A DNA stretch of 63,995 nt, the filler included, from Acidimicrobiia bacterium (lineage in GTDB: Bacteria > Actinomycetota > Acidimicrobiia > Spongiisociales > JAENVV01): the NCBI GenBank assembly GCA_041577335.1. It is 11 parts of 11 records of this genome, joined end to end, with 100 filler letters (N's around TTAATTAATTAA, not from the genome) between each part and the next. Parts side by side here need not be neighbours in the genome. Positions count along the whole stretch, not along the records: positions 61,959 to 63,995 come from JBFGJH010000122.1; 10 more parts are not named here. The stretch is one strand, 5' to 3'. Position 1 is the first letter of the stretch, and each line of letters opens with the position of its first letter. The notes under the pieces are model-generated. The model saw nothing but the letters and a program-made list of their open reading frames with translations. It did not search any database and had not been told where the DNA came from. Shown here in pieces: positions 62,706-63,995 of the stretch. The position numbers were made by a program, and so were the translations under genes.

Positions 62706-63277
62706 CAGGCGTCCCTGAACGGATCTGCCAGACCGTCCTCGAGCGCCGGGTGCCGTAGATACCACTCTTCGCGCAGAAGGTCCATCATCAGGTTGTCGCG
62801 GTACACGCCGTCTTTGAAGATCGCCCGCTCGAATCGGGCGGCCATCCGGAACCCCAGCTTCTCGGCACTCTTCACCGCCCGGGTGTTGCCGCTCTGGGTC
62901 CAGAGACGCACGACACGCAGACCCAACTCGTGGAACAGGAATCGGAGCAGCAGCTCGGTGGCCTCGAAGGACGCACCCGTGCCCCACCGCTCGCGCTCGA
63001 CGACGATGCCGATGGTCGCCTCGAAGCGGTCCTGATGATCGGTGTAGGAGCAAAACCCGATCGGCGTGCCCCGGTCGAGCGTCTCGATCACGAAGATCGC
63101 CCAGTCCCGCGAGAACTCGTATGGGCGGTCATCGAAGCGCTTGTGATACATGCCGAGCGTGAAGTCGGGCGGCAGCGTGCGGCTCCAACCCTGGGTCTCG
63201 AGATCGTTTCGCAGCCGAACCAGCATCGGGTAGTCCGACTCCCGGAGTTCTCGGAGGAGCACGCTCTCACCCCTCAC
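62705..63277 (-). CDS. RimJ/RimL-type GNAT acetyltransferase
   Basis: WGTGA..EA, SGNTRAVKSAEKLGF. Confidence 0.85.
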   Translation of the reverse strand: MRGESVLLRELRESDYPMLVRLRNDLETQGWSRTLPPDFTLGMYHKRFDDRPYEFSRDWAIFVIETLDRGTPIGFCSYTDHQDRFEATIGIVVERERWGTGASFEATELLLRFLFHELGLRVVRLWTQSGNTRAVKSAEKLGFRMAARFERAIFKDGVYRDNLMMDLLREEWYLRHPALEDGLADPFRDA

Positions 63278-63806
63278 GGTGGGACTCCCAGGTCTCTCGG
63301 AGCAGCTGCATCGGAATCGTGTCGAAATAGCGCCCAGCCCTGACCCCCACCCTGCGCACCCTTCCGGCTGGCGAGAACCCGAGCGCTTCTGCGAAGAGGA
63401 TTCCGACGGCGGATGGTTCGTCGATCCAGGCATGGACCGTCGCCGCCGGTGTCTCGAGGAACAGCCGGTCGATGACCAGCTCGGCAGCAACCCGGCCGTG
63501 ACCCTGTCTGCGGGCGTCAGGGACGATGAACACCCAGACCGAGGGGCTGATCGCGTCCCATTGCCAATCGGCCTGAGCATGACCCACCAGGGCCCCGAGC
63601 GCCTCGATGGCGAATACCTGGCCCTTTTCGGGCTTGGGCCAGGACTCCACCTGGGACCGGATCTCTGCGCGCGACATCGGACCGAACCGGTCGTTGCGAA
63701 TCCCTCGAGCACCCCAACTCTCGTCGGCGGCCAGGTATACGGCGATGGTGTCCAGGTCTTCTTCCTCGACGGCGCGCAGCACCACCGAACCGGAGCGGTA
63801 TGGCAT
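63267..63806 (-). CDS. RimJ/RimL-type GNAT acetyltransferase
   Basis: VVLRAVEEEDL, ARRQGHGR, AEALGF. Confidence 0.8.
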   Translation of the reverse strand: MPYRSGSVVLRAVEEEDLDTIAVYLAADESWGARGIRNDRFGPMSRAEIRSQVESWPKPEKGQVFAIEALGALVGHAQADWQWDAISPSVWVFIVPDARRQGHGRVAAELVIDRLFLETPAATVHAWIDEPSAVGILFAEALGFSPAGRVRRVGVRAGRYFDTIPMQLLRETWESHREG

Positions 63807-63869
63807 GGACGTATTTCTAGCCGAACACCCCGATGGATACACGCCGAGGATCCCGGTAGGTTGCCCTGC

Positions 63870-63995
63870 ATGGCTCATTTCACACCCGCTCTCTTCGCCT
63901 TCCTACGGGATCTGGAGGGCAACAACGATCGCGACTGGTTCAACGCCAACAAGGACCGCTACCTCGAGAAGGTCCAGGAGCCCGCACTCGAGTTC
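63870..63995 (+). CDS. DUF2461 family protein, N-terminal fragment
   Basis: MAHFTPALFAFLRDLEGNNDRDWFNANKDRY. Confidence 0.85.
   Translation, partial: MAHFTPALFAFLRDLEGNNDRDWFNANKDRYLEKVQEPALEF

Overview
This is not one continuous locus. It is 11 short contigs from a high-GC actinobacterial genome (most likely an Acidimicrobiia metagenome bin), joined by artificial 100-bp N44-TTAATTAATTAA-N44 linkers and ordered by decreasing length (6805, 6424, 6239, 6156, 6097, 6052, 5486, 5476, 5323 bp for the complete ones), so adjacency across a linker has no biological meaning. Most content is housekeeping: the F1Fo ATP synthase operon, tilS-hpt-ftsH-folE-folP, nucS, trmL, fbaA, nhaA, gabD, an MBOAT/SGNH pair and a metal-binding lipoprotein with a Fur/Zur-type operator. 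The most interesting item is a two-gene module present as two divergent versions (45374-50859 and 50960-56435) that share exactly 141 bp at both ends, i.e. an assembly-graph bubble. The module pairs a 1263-aa tandem class III nucleotidyl cyclase-STAND ATPase-TPR protein with a convergent secreted Cys-rich protein ending in GDP plus a variable tail (GDPHKLH vs GDPYKIY). Non-conservative changes cluster in the TPRs and in the partner's C-terminal domain, suggesting a polymorphic receptor/ligand pair; this is a hypothesis. Other notable items are a stand-alone copy of a protease prodomain just upstream of its trypsin-like protease, a decaying contig with three pseudogenes and a duplicated upstream region, and a methyltransferase duplication with a remnant of a third copy. 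No rRNA, tRNA, CRISPR array or intact transposase was recognised. All calls come from reading motifs by eye, without database searches.
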